NCBI GenBank assembly: GCA_002633005.1
Contig: NMRA01000090.1
Location: 792,736 to 856,735, forward strand
Reading direction: 5' to 3'
DNA from: Phoronis australis
Taxonomy: Eukaryota; Animalia; Phoronida
DNA length: 64,000 bases
Shown here one piece after another: positions 38,401-50,400 of this stretch (within the stretch, counting starts at the first letter, position 1; every line of letters begins with the position of its first letter). The notes beneath the pieces were generated by a model. The model was not told where the DNA came from and ran no database searches. It saw nothing but the letters and a program-made list of their open reading frames with translations. Both the position numbers and the translations under genes were made by a program.

Positions 38401-41400
38401 TCCGATACTGGCGGCGCTTGCTCCTCGGACTGATCCGCCAAATGAGACGCCAGCAACCCGACAAATGGCGGCTCAGCACTGTGGGGGAGAGGCGCTCCAG
38501 AAAGTGGCGAGGTGGAAGCTGTCTCGTCTTCAGAATCGGAGGAGGGAGCGAAGTGCGCATAGTCCTCCATGGGAACAGGTTGCGGCCAGTAATGGTAACC
38601 GCCCATGTGTGGGGGTGGTGGCGCGTAGAAGGGCGGCCAAGACGGCATCAGCGTCGGGGGATTGAATAAACTCCGGTCCGTAGTGGGTTCCGGAGTCTGG
38701 GCGGCGGTGGCTGAAGCGGCGGTGGTGGACGGTTCACTCGGCGGCGGCTGACGGTCAGGCGACGAAGCCCGCGTCAGGGAATCGATGGACGGCAGTGTAA
38801 CTGAACTTGAAGATGTCTTCTTCGGGGGCTTCTCGATCGAAGTTGATCCAGATTTCCTATCGGCGGAGTCCTTCGGCATGATGAAGTGCTGTCTGATGCG
38901 CTACGAACAGGCGAAAACTGCGATATGTCCGAGCCTGCAACAGCAAATGCCTAAATACCCGAGGGTGGAAACTGATTGGTGGGAACGAACCACCTCCGCA
39001 CGTGACCTCACAAGTGCGCCGGGATTGGCTGTAAAAACCCGCGCTGCATAATGTGTGAATGACTAAGATGCGTTCCCAGGGATTAGAGCGGGCAGCGAGT
39101 GCAACTCGAAAAACCCGGGTGTAACCGGGAAGCGATGGCAACCGACGAACAAAAGAGTGTCAGGATCGCTGGCGTCGACAGTGCCGAGCACAAAGAGGGC
39201 ACATTCGGTGCAAAGGTCAAAGGCGTGTACAAAGTGGTAAACAATGTACAGCTGTGCGTGGGTATGACGTAACGTGTCAGTACAGTGAGGCACACAAAGA
39301 AATACTTGACTGATGAGTCATGCGAGCCTCATGTGCGCTGTGCCAAAAGCCCAAATGTGAGTGTTAAATACGCAAAGAGTTAAGCGTACGAGGATAGAAC
39401 AACTATCAACCACTCCACATGGTCCGTGTCGAGTCACGGAAGCCCCAAAGCAGGTAGGCCTGAAAATACGATAAGGCCAATAGAGAGTCGTAATGCTCAG
39501 CGCCGGTAAAACCGGGCATTGTGTGGCCCGTCGAGTCACACAGAGTCGGTGAGCTCGGTCGGCCAAAACTTCCAAGATGATGATATAGTTGATAAGAAGA
39601 AAATGCTCATTAGCAAAGAGTTATGCAATTGAGCGTGGTCGCGGTGTAACTTGCGCGAAAAAACCTTCCAAAGGAAAAACACGTCTTCCTCTAGAAGATA
39701 AGTCCGTGGAATGGTCCGCTTTGCGCATGTCCGTATCTCATGGTAGTACTCGGGGGAATTCTGGGAGGAATAAAATTAGCAGTTTTTGAACAGAATAATG
39801 ATACTGTTGTCTAGATCACTGAAGAGAGGAAGCAAACATTTCCTGACTATTAAAAGAAATTAAAAGAGATAGGGAGAATATAAATAGGCCACAAAGTCAA
39901 CAGCTAAAATTCAAAAAGCAGGGCACAACACCCTTTATAACAGAGAACTCTACTATCTACTATTCTGTCTATACGACTGATGCATTTTGTCTGATATGAA
40001 CATTCCAGAGACTGAGAACCACTCAGGACTATATCTCATCAGACAGGACGTTTTGATGCAGTCACACATGTAATACCAGCATAATTAGAGGTTTACACTC
40101 AAAACGTTTCACACACACACACACAAGCACACATACACACCCAATGCACGCAGCTCTCTGACACCTACAAAGTGAAACTCCAAAGAGTGTTCACGTCATC
40201 ATGACATATGACCCACCTATCCAAGTCTTCATTCTCCAGTACTTGCTTCAGTTGCTGATAGGTGGTGCTGTTTCTTGACTCGCACAATCTTCCAACAGCA
40301 TCGACTATGGCACTAGAGGTGGCACTCTCATCTATCAAAGAAGCCAGATAACAAGATGGATATAGTTTGAAAGAGGTTTTGAAAGGAAGCTTTCTACCAT
40401 AAAATACAACACACAGGTAATACGGACTAGAACATTATCTAAGAACAAGCAAAAACCTCATGGCTTGAGACATCGTAAATTAACATGAACAGGATTAAAG
40501 CACAATGAACTAACACAGCAGTGTCTTTGAAAGAAAATAATGTTCAGTTGACAATTAATATTTTTATTAAGTTTCAGCTCATTATGCATCCAGCATCTTT
40601 CTCTTAAAAATGGACAAAAATATCGAGCAAATTAAACCAATGGTGAATCACTCTTGCCACCTTCAGTTCAGCACATGGTTTGTTTGCAAGATGGGTACAC
40701 AGTGGATACCATGTGTGCATAAGTCAACATGATAACAATGTGTGTACAACTCAATTCACTAGGTGGTGCCGATGAATTTTCTGTTCCTAATACATGAAAA
40801 GCTTGTTAATTAGAAAATAAAAAACTTCAACAGCATGGGGATATTTTTGGGCTAAGGGTCTCATAGGACAATCTGAGTACCTATTGTACTAGTCACCAGG
40901 TGGCGAGATCGTCTCATCCACGAGTCGGCTCATCAAGAACTTCCAAACAACATGTCATGGAAATCGACATTTTGTAAGTCTGCTCAAAAATAGCTCATCA
41001 CAGAAACAATTAACGGAGAGCAGAAAAAATGAAGCTCAATCATCAAAAGCAGAACTGTGTCAGTATTACAAGATAATATTGTGCTTTTTTCGTCTGCAAA
41101 AACTGCATTGTGGAGACCAATACTACCTAACCCCAGGAGGTCCTTGAGAGTGTGCTGAATGTTGTGTACTTCTCCCAGTCTGACGTAGATGTCATTCATA
41201 CGTGCGTATACTCCTGACATCTTGGGTACATCAAACAGGTTCTGGAAGTGTTGTACTATATTGTGGAGGACAGTGGGTGACACCTGTTGGCCACCAGCCT
41301 ACAATGAAAAACAGGTAATGAGACGTGTGCCTGTCCTACGATGTACAACGGGTAATCCAAGAAGAACAAGCTAGGTTACCGTAGTTACTCACCCGGTCTA

Positions 41401-44400
41401 TGACTACCCCATCTTGTTCAGCTAGCTCATCCAGTAACACAATAATGTCTGTAATGTTGGCGTCACCTGGCAGTCTTCTCTCATGACCAGGAGACACAGT
41501 CATTTGGATCTTGTTGACGCTACACTGTAATTCCTAGTGAGACAGAAACAACTCTTAGCAAGAGCAACATAAAGCATTGACATGCGCCCACAGTGCACCA
41601 CAAATGCTAAGTTTATGGGAGTGTTTCTCAATTTCATGTAAGGTACAAAATTTGGACCACAAGGGGTACATGCAACAGTCAGAATTGAGTATTTGTAACC
41701 CACCATTTAAAAATAACACCAAATCAAACATTTTTAAAATAAACAATTTTCAACATTTGTAACTAAGAAATAAAACATGCCACAAAGAGACAAAGTCTAA
41801 TGGTAATTCTTTTCGTAAAGAACAATCAATAAAATTTACCATAAAAGGAAGGTACGTTGATAGCAAAACAACCGTATCAACAACACTATCAAATTTCATT
41901 TGACACAAATGTTCAAGGTGTTACAGGTTTCTAATGCAACTTCAATTTTTTTATGGAAATCTCCGAAAGTCACAATTTTTATAACCCCTTTTGCAAAAGA
42001 GGAATAATTTTCAAAATAATTCCTAAATAGCACTTTGGAGAATAGTGCATAAAGCATTCTAGCTGACAGTTGTATATGAATCCAATGAGCCATTTTTGAT
42101 ACATGATGTACAGTTCCAAAGTTAGCCCAATTAAGACAATTTCTAGGAGCCTAGTACATAACTTTATAAAATGTTTTACCCACTACAGGCCAACATCTGT
42201 CCATTTGTCACAAACATTCAAAATTCAGCTTTACTTTGTTTGCCTATAGCAAAATCTTTATTTTTCCTAGTAGCTGCTTTTAAAAGTTTGTAAATGGGTC
42301 TTGTAGATAATTTAGGACAACTGGACTACTTGTTTTTGTTTACATTCAGAATGTCACTGAATTATGCCCAGAGTAGTGCCTTAGTTAGATTTTGTATGCT
42401 GTATTTTCAGTCACAAACTGGTAGAATTAGATAGCTTACAATAAGCTTCAATTGGTGCATTGGTGTTTTACAGAAAAATTTGTACAGTAAATATCTACAA
42501 TATCCAGGCTACATTTTAAAAATTTTTATTTACTCTGAAAGCTTTCACATGTAGGCAATGCCATATTTCTGAGAAATTCAAAAGGCAAGCTAAATAAGGG
42601 TATCGTACACCCGACCTTGGACGTGAGTGGATTAAATAAATGATTGTAAATTGCCATGAAAAGGGATTGCCAGATTTTAGTACAAAATTGACTTTGCAAA
42701 ACTTGTTAGCATCAATATGGTTCAGAACTTACAAACCAAGGGTGGTGAATGTGTTGCAAATTAATCAATGGATAATTAATAAAATACCCGTCAAGAAAGT
42801 TCCAATCAATCTCTGATCATGCACCCGCCGCACAAGAGCACTTCCAAAAATGCACTGGTGTCTGAGGACTACTGTTTTGTATAAGTGAACTGAGTTTCTT
42901 AATTATTTCCTTCTTGAAGCAATAGCATTTCATTCAACAAACTCGTACTTGTGACTTAGTTATTGTCAAAACTGTACATTAACCCCAAAGAACAAGTTCA
43001 ATGTAATTGCAAGGAAATGGGGACTGTATTTGTCTTAAGTAGACTATGCCTGATCTGTTGTAGACATAGTATATGCCTGATCTGTTGTAGACATAGTATT
43101 AGTTAACAGACTAGGACAAACCTTTATTTTAGATAGTTCTGACAACCACAATTCTAAGGTAGGAATCACGTGACCCCACGACTTCTCGCACCAAAATTCA
43201 TGTTTCTTTGATGATGTCTTGACAGGTCGACGAATAAGAAACTTTGGGAGATTCGATGAATGTATCACTTCAATGACATCACTTGCAAACTGTAATATCA
43301 AAATATTTATAATTTTTTTTTGTTAATTTCTGCCGCTGACTACATATCTAACATTCATTAGTAACCAGCCCTAAAGTAACATTTGATAACGTGACTTAGC
43401 CAGCAACAGATAGCTTCTCCTTACACACCAAGCATAGTGGAAAAAACAAAGTAAAACGGATTAAATTTTTATCTGCTCTTACTTTTATCTAGTGTCCTTC
43501 AGGGTATTTCTCATTCATAACTTAAACGAAGCCAGGCAACAATTTTTCAAAACAACTCCATGTTAAATGTTTGGTTCACATCAGGATCTTGTACTCAAGC
43601 TAATGCTACGTCACCTCAGTCGATATTTTTCAAGCTTAAATTTCCTAGCTCGGTTAGTTTGAACTTAGAACTGGAGTAATGGAATGCCAACTCCCGTGCA
43701 TGTTCCATGCACGAAACACACAACTGCGTGAACACAAAACACATTGTTATCCCCAACCAAGCAGCATTACCAGTTGTTACCGCCCGCCACGCAGCATTGC
43801 CCACGATTAAGCCTCAGACAAGCAGCATTACCCACTGTTACCCACAGCCAAGAAGTCCTACCTGTTCCAGTCGTGGGTAAGCCTCCACAGCGCCTGCATT
43901 CTTGTCCAACTTGTGAATGACATGTTCAAGGTCAAATACACCCAGTTTTTCACAGAATAGCTGGAAAACAAGGAAAAAAGACAATATCATGACTGACTGA
44001 ATACTGGAAATACAGAACTGTGTATAGCCATGAACTGGTCTGTGGCTGTGTGTTGCCATGAACTGTTAAGGAACTGTGGATTACTCTGAACTGCTCTTAG
44101 GCTGTGTATTGTCATGAACTGGTCAGGACACAACTCAAGACTTGATACAGTGGGCACAAGACCTGATACAGCGGGCACAAGACACAGTTATTACAAGACG
44201 AAGCTGCTGTACACAGAGTTCTAGTGTTAACATCATCTTTATTTTTCACACTCAGGCATATTTGTTCTTTCGAAGCAAAGCCATCATGTTCTTAACCTTA
44301 GTTTGTTGCCTAGAATCACCCTGAAAACTATATCACCCTGACGACCACATCACCCTTACGACCATACTGCCTTGGCGACTAAAACTAGCCTGCTGTGAAT

Positions 44401-47400
44401 AGCAATTTAGTGGGTGTGGTCTGAAGCAGTAACAACCTGTCAGTTCTTCTCAAGTCTAGAAATCATTTCTAATCTGAGTAAAGAACAAAACTTTACTGTG
44501 AAGACTAAATCAAAGGTTATTTTTTGACAGATGATACGTTTACTGAACCCTAAAGCTTTGTGGAGTAAAGAGCCGTGATATCGCACAAATACCACTTAGA
44601 AAAAAATAACTTAAGGGCAGGCTTTCTCACCTTGAGATGCCTACGACACTGATCTAAAGGTAAATAATCTATATCATCCACTTGAGAACTATACTTTCTG
44701 TTAGCAACAGGTCTGGACTTGTCACCAGGGATGCTGCAAATAGAAGGAGATGATCTGTCACAAGTGTAGACAATGATCGCTGCACAGAGGACTGACGGCG
44801 GCTAGGAACAGCTGTGTGTACTACAAAGGCAAGAGTTTTCCCCTTGGACAATATAAATAGAATTATATAGAACAGTAAATTAAACACAATCCCAGTCCAC
44901 GTAAAGGTCACTATGAGTTTTACTAAAGACAAACAGAATGACATCCGCTGAATAAGCTTAGAATGACTGCAGGGCATATCCCTGTAGTCACAAGTATTTT
45001 AAATAATAGAAAACCCACTCAAGCCTACACAGTGTTTAACTTAGTTTATTTCAAGAGGAAATACAGTTGACTATTCAATTAAGTTTGATCAAATGTGCAA
45101 GACAGAATACATAATTATAAATAAACATATAAACAAATACACAGACTTGTTTCCAACCCTGACTAAATTTTGTAGTCAGTTGAAACAAGCCAGAAATAGC
45201 CCTACACCCGTCCAGACAATTTACTCAATATGAATAATATTATGCAAATCTTAATACGGTATGGAATATATCGCAAACATTTTAAGACTGGTCAGCACGC
45301 CATCTGTTGGCCATGTCGTGTACAACATACTCAATGTTGTGATCATGTAGGAGGCGTTCTAACTTCTTAATCCTGTGTTGAGTAAGTCGTAGATCTTTGA
45401 CCTGTGGCCGGGCATCCATGTCCAGCTTGACCAGCTCATTCTGATCCTCCAGTCTCTTTATGGTCTTCTTGGCCTCCCTCAACTGTTTCTGATAGGTCTG
45501 TAACACACACACAAACCTACAGGACATACAATGTGTGACACAGAGAAAGTATAAACAGTGTGTGACAGAGAAAGTATAAACAGTGTGTGACAGAGAGAGA
45601 GAGTCAGTGTGTGACACACGGAGGGTACTAAGTGTGTGGCACACACAAAACGAAGTGAGTTCATAACAGCCTTTCAAAAAGTGATTTTTCAAAAAAAAAC
45701 AATTAGATATTTTACAGGATGCACTTCCTTAAATTTTAAAACAAAATTTTCATAAAACAGGCATACAATCGTGTAACTTTATTATAAAAGAATTAAGAAG
45801 TCAAAGGTGGACATAAGTCCGACTACAGGTTCAAAATAATGCATGCAGTTGTTGTTCCTTCAGTTACATAACAAGTAATAGTCAAATAAAATGTTGGCTC
45901 AATATACCCTACTTCTAAAGGCACAAGTAAGTAAGCTGCCAGCTTTGAAATTTGATATTCGTCACTCGGGCACACACCATTTAGGAAATATATGTCCTGA
46001 TCATTTAAGGAGTTTATGTTCTGATCATTTAAATTGTTGGTGGGCAGATAAACACAATCATAAGGGTGGAAAAAGTGACAATTTTGAAAATTTGTGGGAG
46101 GACGTATAACTTATTGTGGGCATAAGTCGGACAATTCTTGTGAACCATGTGCTAATATTAAGTGATTGAAGAGCAGCCCAGACACTCTACTTACTCTAAC
46201 TAGGGTCTTATAGTTGGATGAAGGTTGTGATTCTGAGATATCTGTGTCATCATTCTGTTGATCACCCTTGCCATATTCTAGTTCCTTCCTCAGTTGAACC
46301 AATTGGGACTCATACGAGTCAATAATGTCTAACAACCTAAAGTCGAGTAAGAAGCAGAAAAGAAGTTTAGCTTCTTTGTTTTAATTGTATGAAAAGTACT
46401 CAGCAAGTACAAGCAGGATGCTTTATAAATATCTTGGACCAACTGCGAGCAAAGAATTGTGAAGCCATACCAAAATTTTTCAAAGTTTCGTAAGTGGGAC
46501 AAGCTAGCTTTACAGAACAGAAACAATACAATACACAGAGAAGTGGCCGCTGTGTTAGACAGTTAAAACATGCAACATGGTCATGCTGTTAGACACTAAG
46601 CTAACCTGTCTTTAGATTTAATGCATCGGTTCAACAGATGTAGAAGTCTATGAAACACCAGTGAACTCTTCAGTTTATGCACAGCCAACAAAAGCAATTA
46701 TATTACACACTCCATATTAATTAGCATAAATGACAATGTGGCTTGTCTCTAGAATGTCTAGGATATTACAATGGCATCTATTCACCAGCTCTCAGAAACA
46801 AATCAATACATCGTTGAAAAGAACCCATTTTGTCTCAAATGTATTAGACTCTGGCAGTTCTAGTTCAATATACATACAGGCTCTAAGTGTATTAAGAACA
46901 GAGTTGGCAGCAGGCAAGGTAGTAATGACTGGAGGATTAGAGAGCAGACTAGTGTTCACGAGACAAACTGTCTTGTGAATTGTAACATCATAATGAAGAC
47001 AAACAACTGCTTCCCAAATACTTGCACATTTATGGTGTGAGTATTTTCACATGATCCAGAATAGTCGATAATAGCAGCACAGAGAACTGACTGGTGTGCT
47101 TCACTTACTTTTCATCCATAACATTGTGGGCCCTAGCAGTACGACGTTTAAACTCTTGGAATACACTGTTTTGACGGAGAATTCTTTTTTCTTCCTAATA
47201 ATAACACCAACAAAACAGAGTTACCTGCAGCCAAAGTAGTTTGAAAAATAAAAGAAGGCAGATATTATTAATCATAGATTATTTTATGGCTTTTAAACCC
47301 AATCAAGAGTAATTTCTCTACACAGTACAAGCCAAAAGGAAACACTTATCAAGTGCTACAATTTAAAATATAATATCGATTGAAAACAGCCGCATCAACT

Positions 47401-50400
47401 GGTTTACGGAGAGTTGTAAACCAGACTATTTTTTTCACTAAAATTTGCATTAAGGTTAATATGTAGGATCATGGAACAATGTCCAAATTTGGTCAAATTC
47501 AAAACATCGTATCAGCCCTATTTGCCGCAACACCATCTGATTGTGACTCTACTTGACTGGGACACCATTTGACTGACCCCATCATACAGCAAACCTATTC
47601 GACTGCCTCCCTGACTGTATGACTGTCTCCAATTGACTACAACTTCATTCGACTGTGACCCCATATGACAGTGACTCCATTTGACAGCAACCCCATTCCA
47701 TTGTGGCACCATTAGACTAACCCCATTTGACTGTGTCCACATTTGAGTGTGACCCCAACTGACCTCATCTGACAGTGACCTGACCCCAACTGACCTCATC
47801 TGACAGTGACCCCAGCTTGACTGTGACCCCAACCATCACTTGTCCTCACCTCATCACTCAACCGCTTCAGTTTAGTTTTTAGTCGCTCAATTTCCTCTTC
47901 CTGTAGTTTCACTTTATTTTCCATTTGCCTGTTTCGTGACTTGATCACCTCCTTAGTGTTACGTAGTCTGTCCTCACCCTCATGCTTTTGTTTCTCCATC
48001 AATGTTTGACTGTCGAGCATTTCCTAACGATGAATGGCAGGCTGTTCATAACGAACATTATACTGGAGGCACAAATAAACCGTTTAATTATGCACATGCC
48101 AGGTATTTTAATTAGTTCAAGGTGCACCAGAAGGTGATTGGTCAAGCCTGTAAAGTTGAAGTAGTTCTTACAAAGACGGGGCTATGTGGGCACATAGTTG
48201 GAGTCATGTGACATCAAATGTGAAGTGAGCTTGTGACAAACTGAAGCCAATTAATTGTGCTGCATCATAATGTTTTACCTGTATCCTCACCAATTTTGGA
48301 CAAAACAATTACCAAAATTGCATTTTTTTTACTTTTCAATGGCGTCGAAAATTGTTGTGAATACCCATTTTTTCAAAATATTGTCTATTTTGTAGCTATA
48401 TTACAGAACTTGGAGGTAGCAAAGCAATATTTTGTTACAATAATACGGGCCGTACAATTCACCTGTGCGCCATAATGTGTCCTAGATTGGTGAGATTTTA
48501 CCGTAGTTATATAGTCTTATCTGTATCCTGACCTCTGACCCCTCCACATGTAGTTTGTATCATGATTGTCTCACCTGTATCCTGGCCTCTGACCCCTCCA
48601 CCAGTAGTTTGAGATCCTTGGCACGGGCTTCATACTTGTTAGAGATGGCCGTCTGTCGCTCCAGTTCATCTCTGAAATTAAACAGCAGATATGTCAAGTT
48701 AGGCACTATCTGTTGGCCAGACTGGCAAATAAATATAATTAGAAAAAAATACATGCTTTGCAGAAAGAATTTTCAACATGTTGGTCGTTTTTGACATTTA
48801 TGACTGTCTTCAAACTGTACTGAAAACAGCTCTGCTGGCTGTACTTGTAATGCATATCAGTGCCTTAAGATAACAAGTAATATTCAATAATTGTCAAGTA
48901 AAACTTTGATGTTATGATCTAAAGATTTCATAGTTGATAACTTAATTCAACCGAATTTACAATAACACAATGGACAGTTGCAACAAATGCAGCCAAATCC
49001 TCTCTAGTCTGAGCGCAATCTGACAACACAAGAGGACAGCCTATTTCACAGTTCTGCTGACTGCTAACACTAGAGGGCCACGTACTTCACACAATTGCTG
49101 GCTGACAACACTAGAGGGTAGCCTACTTCACACCGTTGGCTGACAACAGTGGGCAGCCCACCTCACACTGTTGTTGGCAGACAACACTCAAGGGTAGCCT
49201 ACTTCACACTGTTGGCTGACAACAGTGGGCAGCCTACCTCACACTGTTGTTGGCAGACAACACTCAAGGGTAGCCTACTTCACAACCATTTACTTTGCAA
49301 GCCAACAACGCCAACATCATGATGCATTATCTTACTAATATCCACTTACAGATAGCATGACATTATCTCATAATACTGGGCATTATTTCTGATTTTCATA
49401 ACTGTACTTCATTTCTTCTGCTTCCCTTAATCATAAATTGCCTCTTTGCCAAACTATTTTTTGACGACTACAAAAAAGGTTGTAGATTTCCGCAACAAGT
49501 TGTTCGTCAATTTTCCGTGAACTGAATCGTAGGGAATGCGGTCTCACCACCTGGTGACTGGGTTGACAAAACTAGAGTCCTTACTTGAGATTGTTGTTAG
49601 TTGTAATGAGATCTTGCACGAGAGCCTGGCGTCGGTCACAGTCTTTCATGAGAATGAGCAGGTTCTCACGCACACACTTAGAAATGTCCTGTGTCAACAC
49701 AACCACATCTACAAGAACAAATATTGTCATCACATCCGAAGTCAACAAAATGACACAAACAGAAATGTGTCATCAGATAAGTTAGAAAAGTGTGATAGAC
49801 AATATGACACAACTAGAGATGTGTCACCATGACTCTAAGACAACATGGCACAACTAGAGATGCGTCATCATGACTCTAAGACAACATGACACAACTAGAG
49901 ATGTGTCATCATGACTCTAAGACAACATGACACAACTAGAGATGTGTCATCATGACTCTAAGACAACATGACACAACTAGACATGTGTCATTATGACTCT
50001 AAGACAACATGACACAACTAGAGATGTGTCATCATGACTGTAAGACAACATGACATAATTAGAGATGAGTTATTAATTACACGTATAAAGAGGTAATGAA
50101 TTCTTGGAATATCTCGTATCGTTTTCATTTTCTTGTTAGAAGCAGACGAGACTATAACAAACACAGAACAGCCTGAATATTGTAGTGGAACCAGCAGGCA
50201 CCAGGTGGAGCTGGGATACCTTGAGTGGCAGACACCATGTTTGGGTGGACCAAGTCAACAGGTGGCAGGCCATGTTGTCGCAGGTCACGGTTGATCTCAT
50301 CCCATTCCTCCACCTCAATCTACAACACACAACACATGCAGATAGCATTGATCAAGTTGAAAAATACAATACAGAAAGATTAATTCTAACAGTTCAGTTT

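Larger units (their letters stand above)
34368..39777 (-). mobile_element. Full-length DIRS1-type tyrosine-recombinase retrotransposon
   Basis: Imperfect inverted terminal repeats 39709-39777 and 34414-34484, plus terminal extension 34374-34413. Internal complementary region 34537-34659 is the reverse complement of both termini joined at AATTTT. Gag-RT-RNaseH-MT and YR ORFs are open. Confidence 0.96.

Noticed and set aside
34741-38879. Prokaryotic retron/DGR/integrative element (RT + integrase + methylase)
   Set aside because: Domain order, ITRs and ICR match the eukaryotic DIRS1 retrotransposon architecture.
39310-39330. CTGATGAG hammerhead core in the DIRS 5' region (also 53733)
   Set aside because: No stem II/GAAA partner or stem I pairing.
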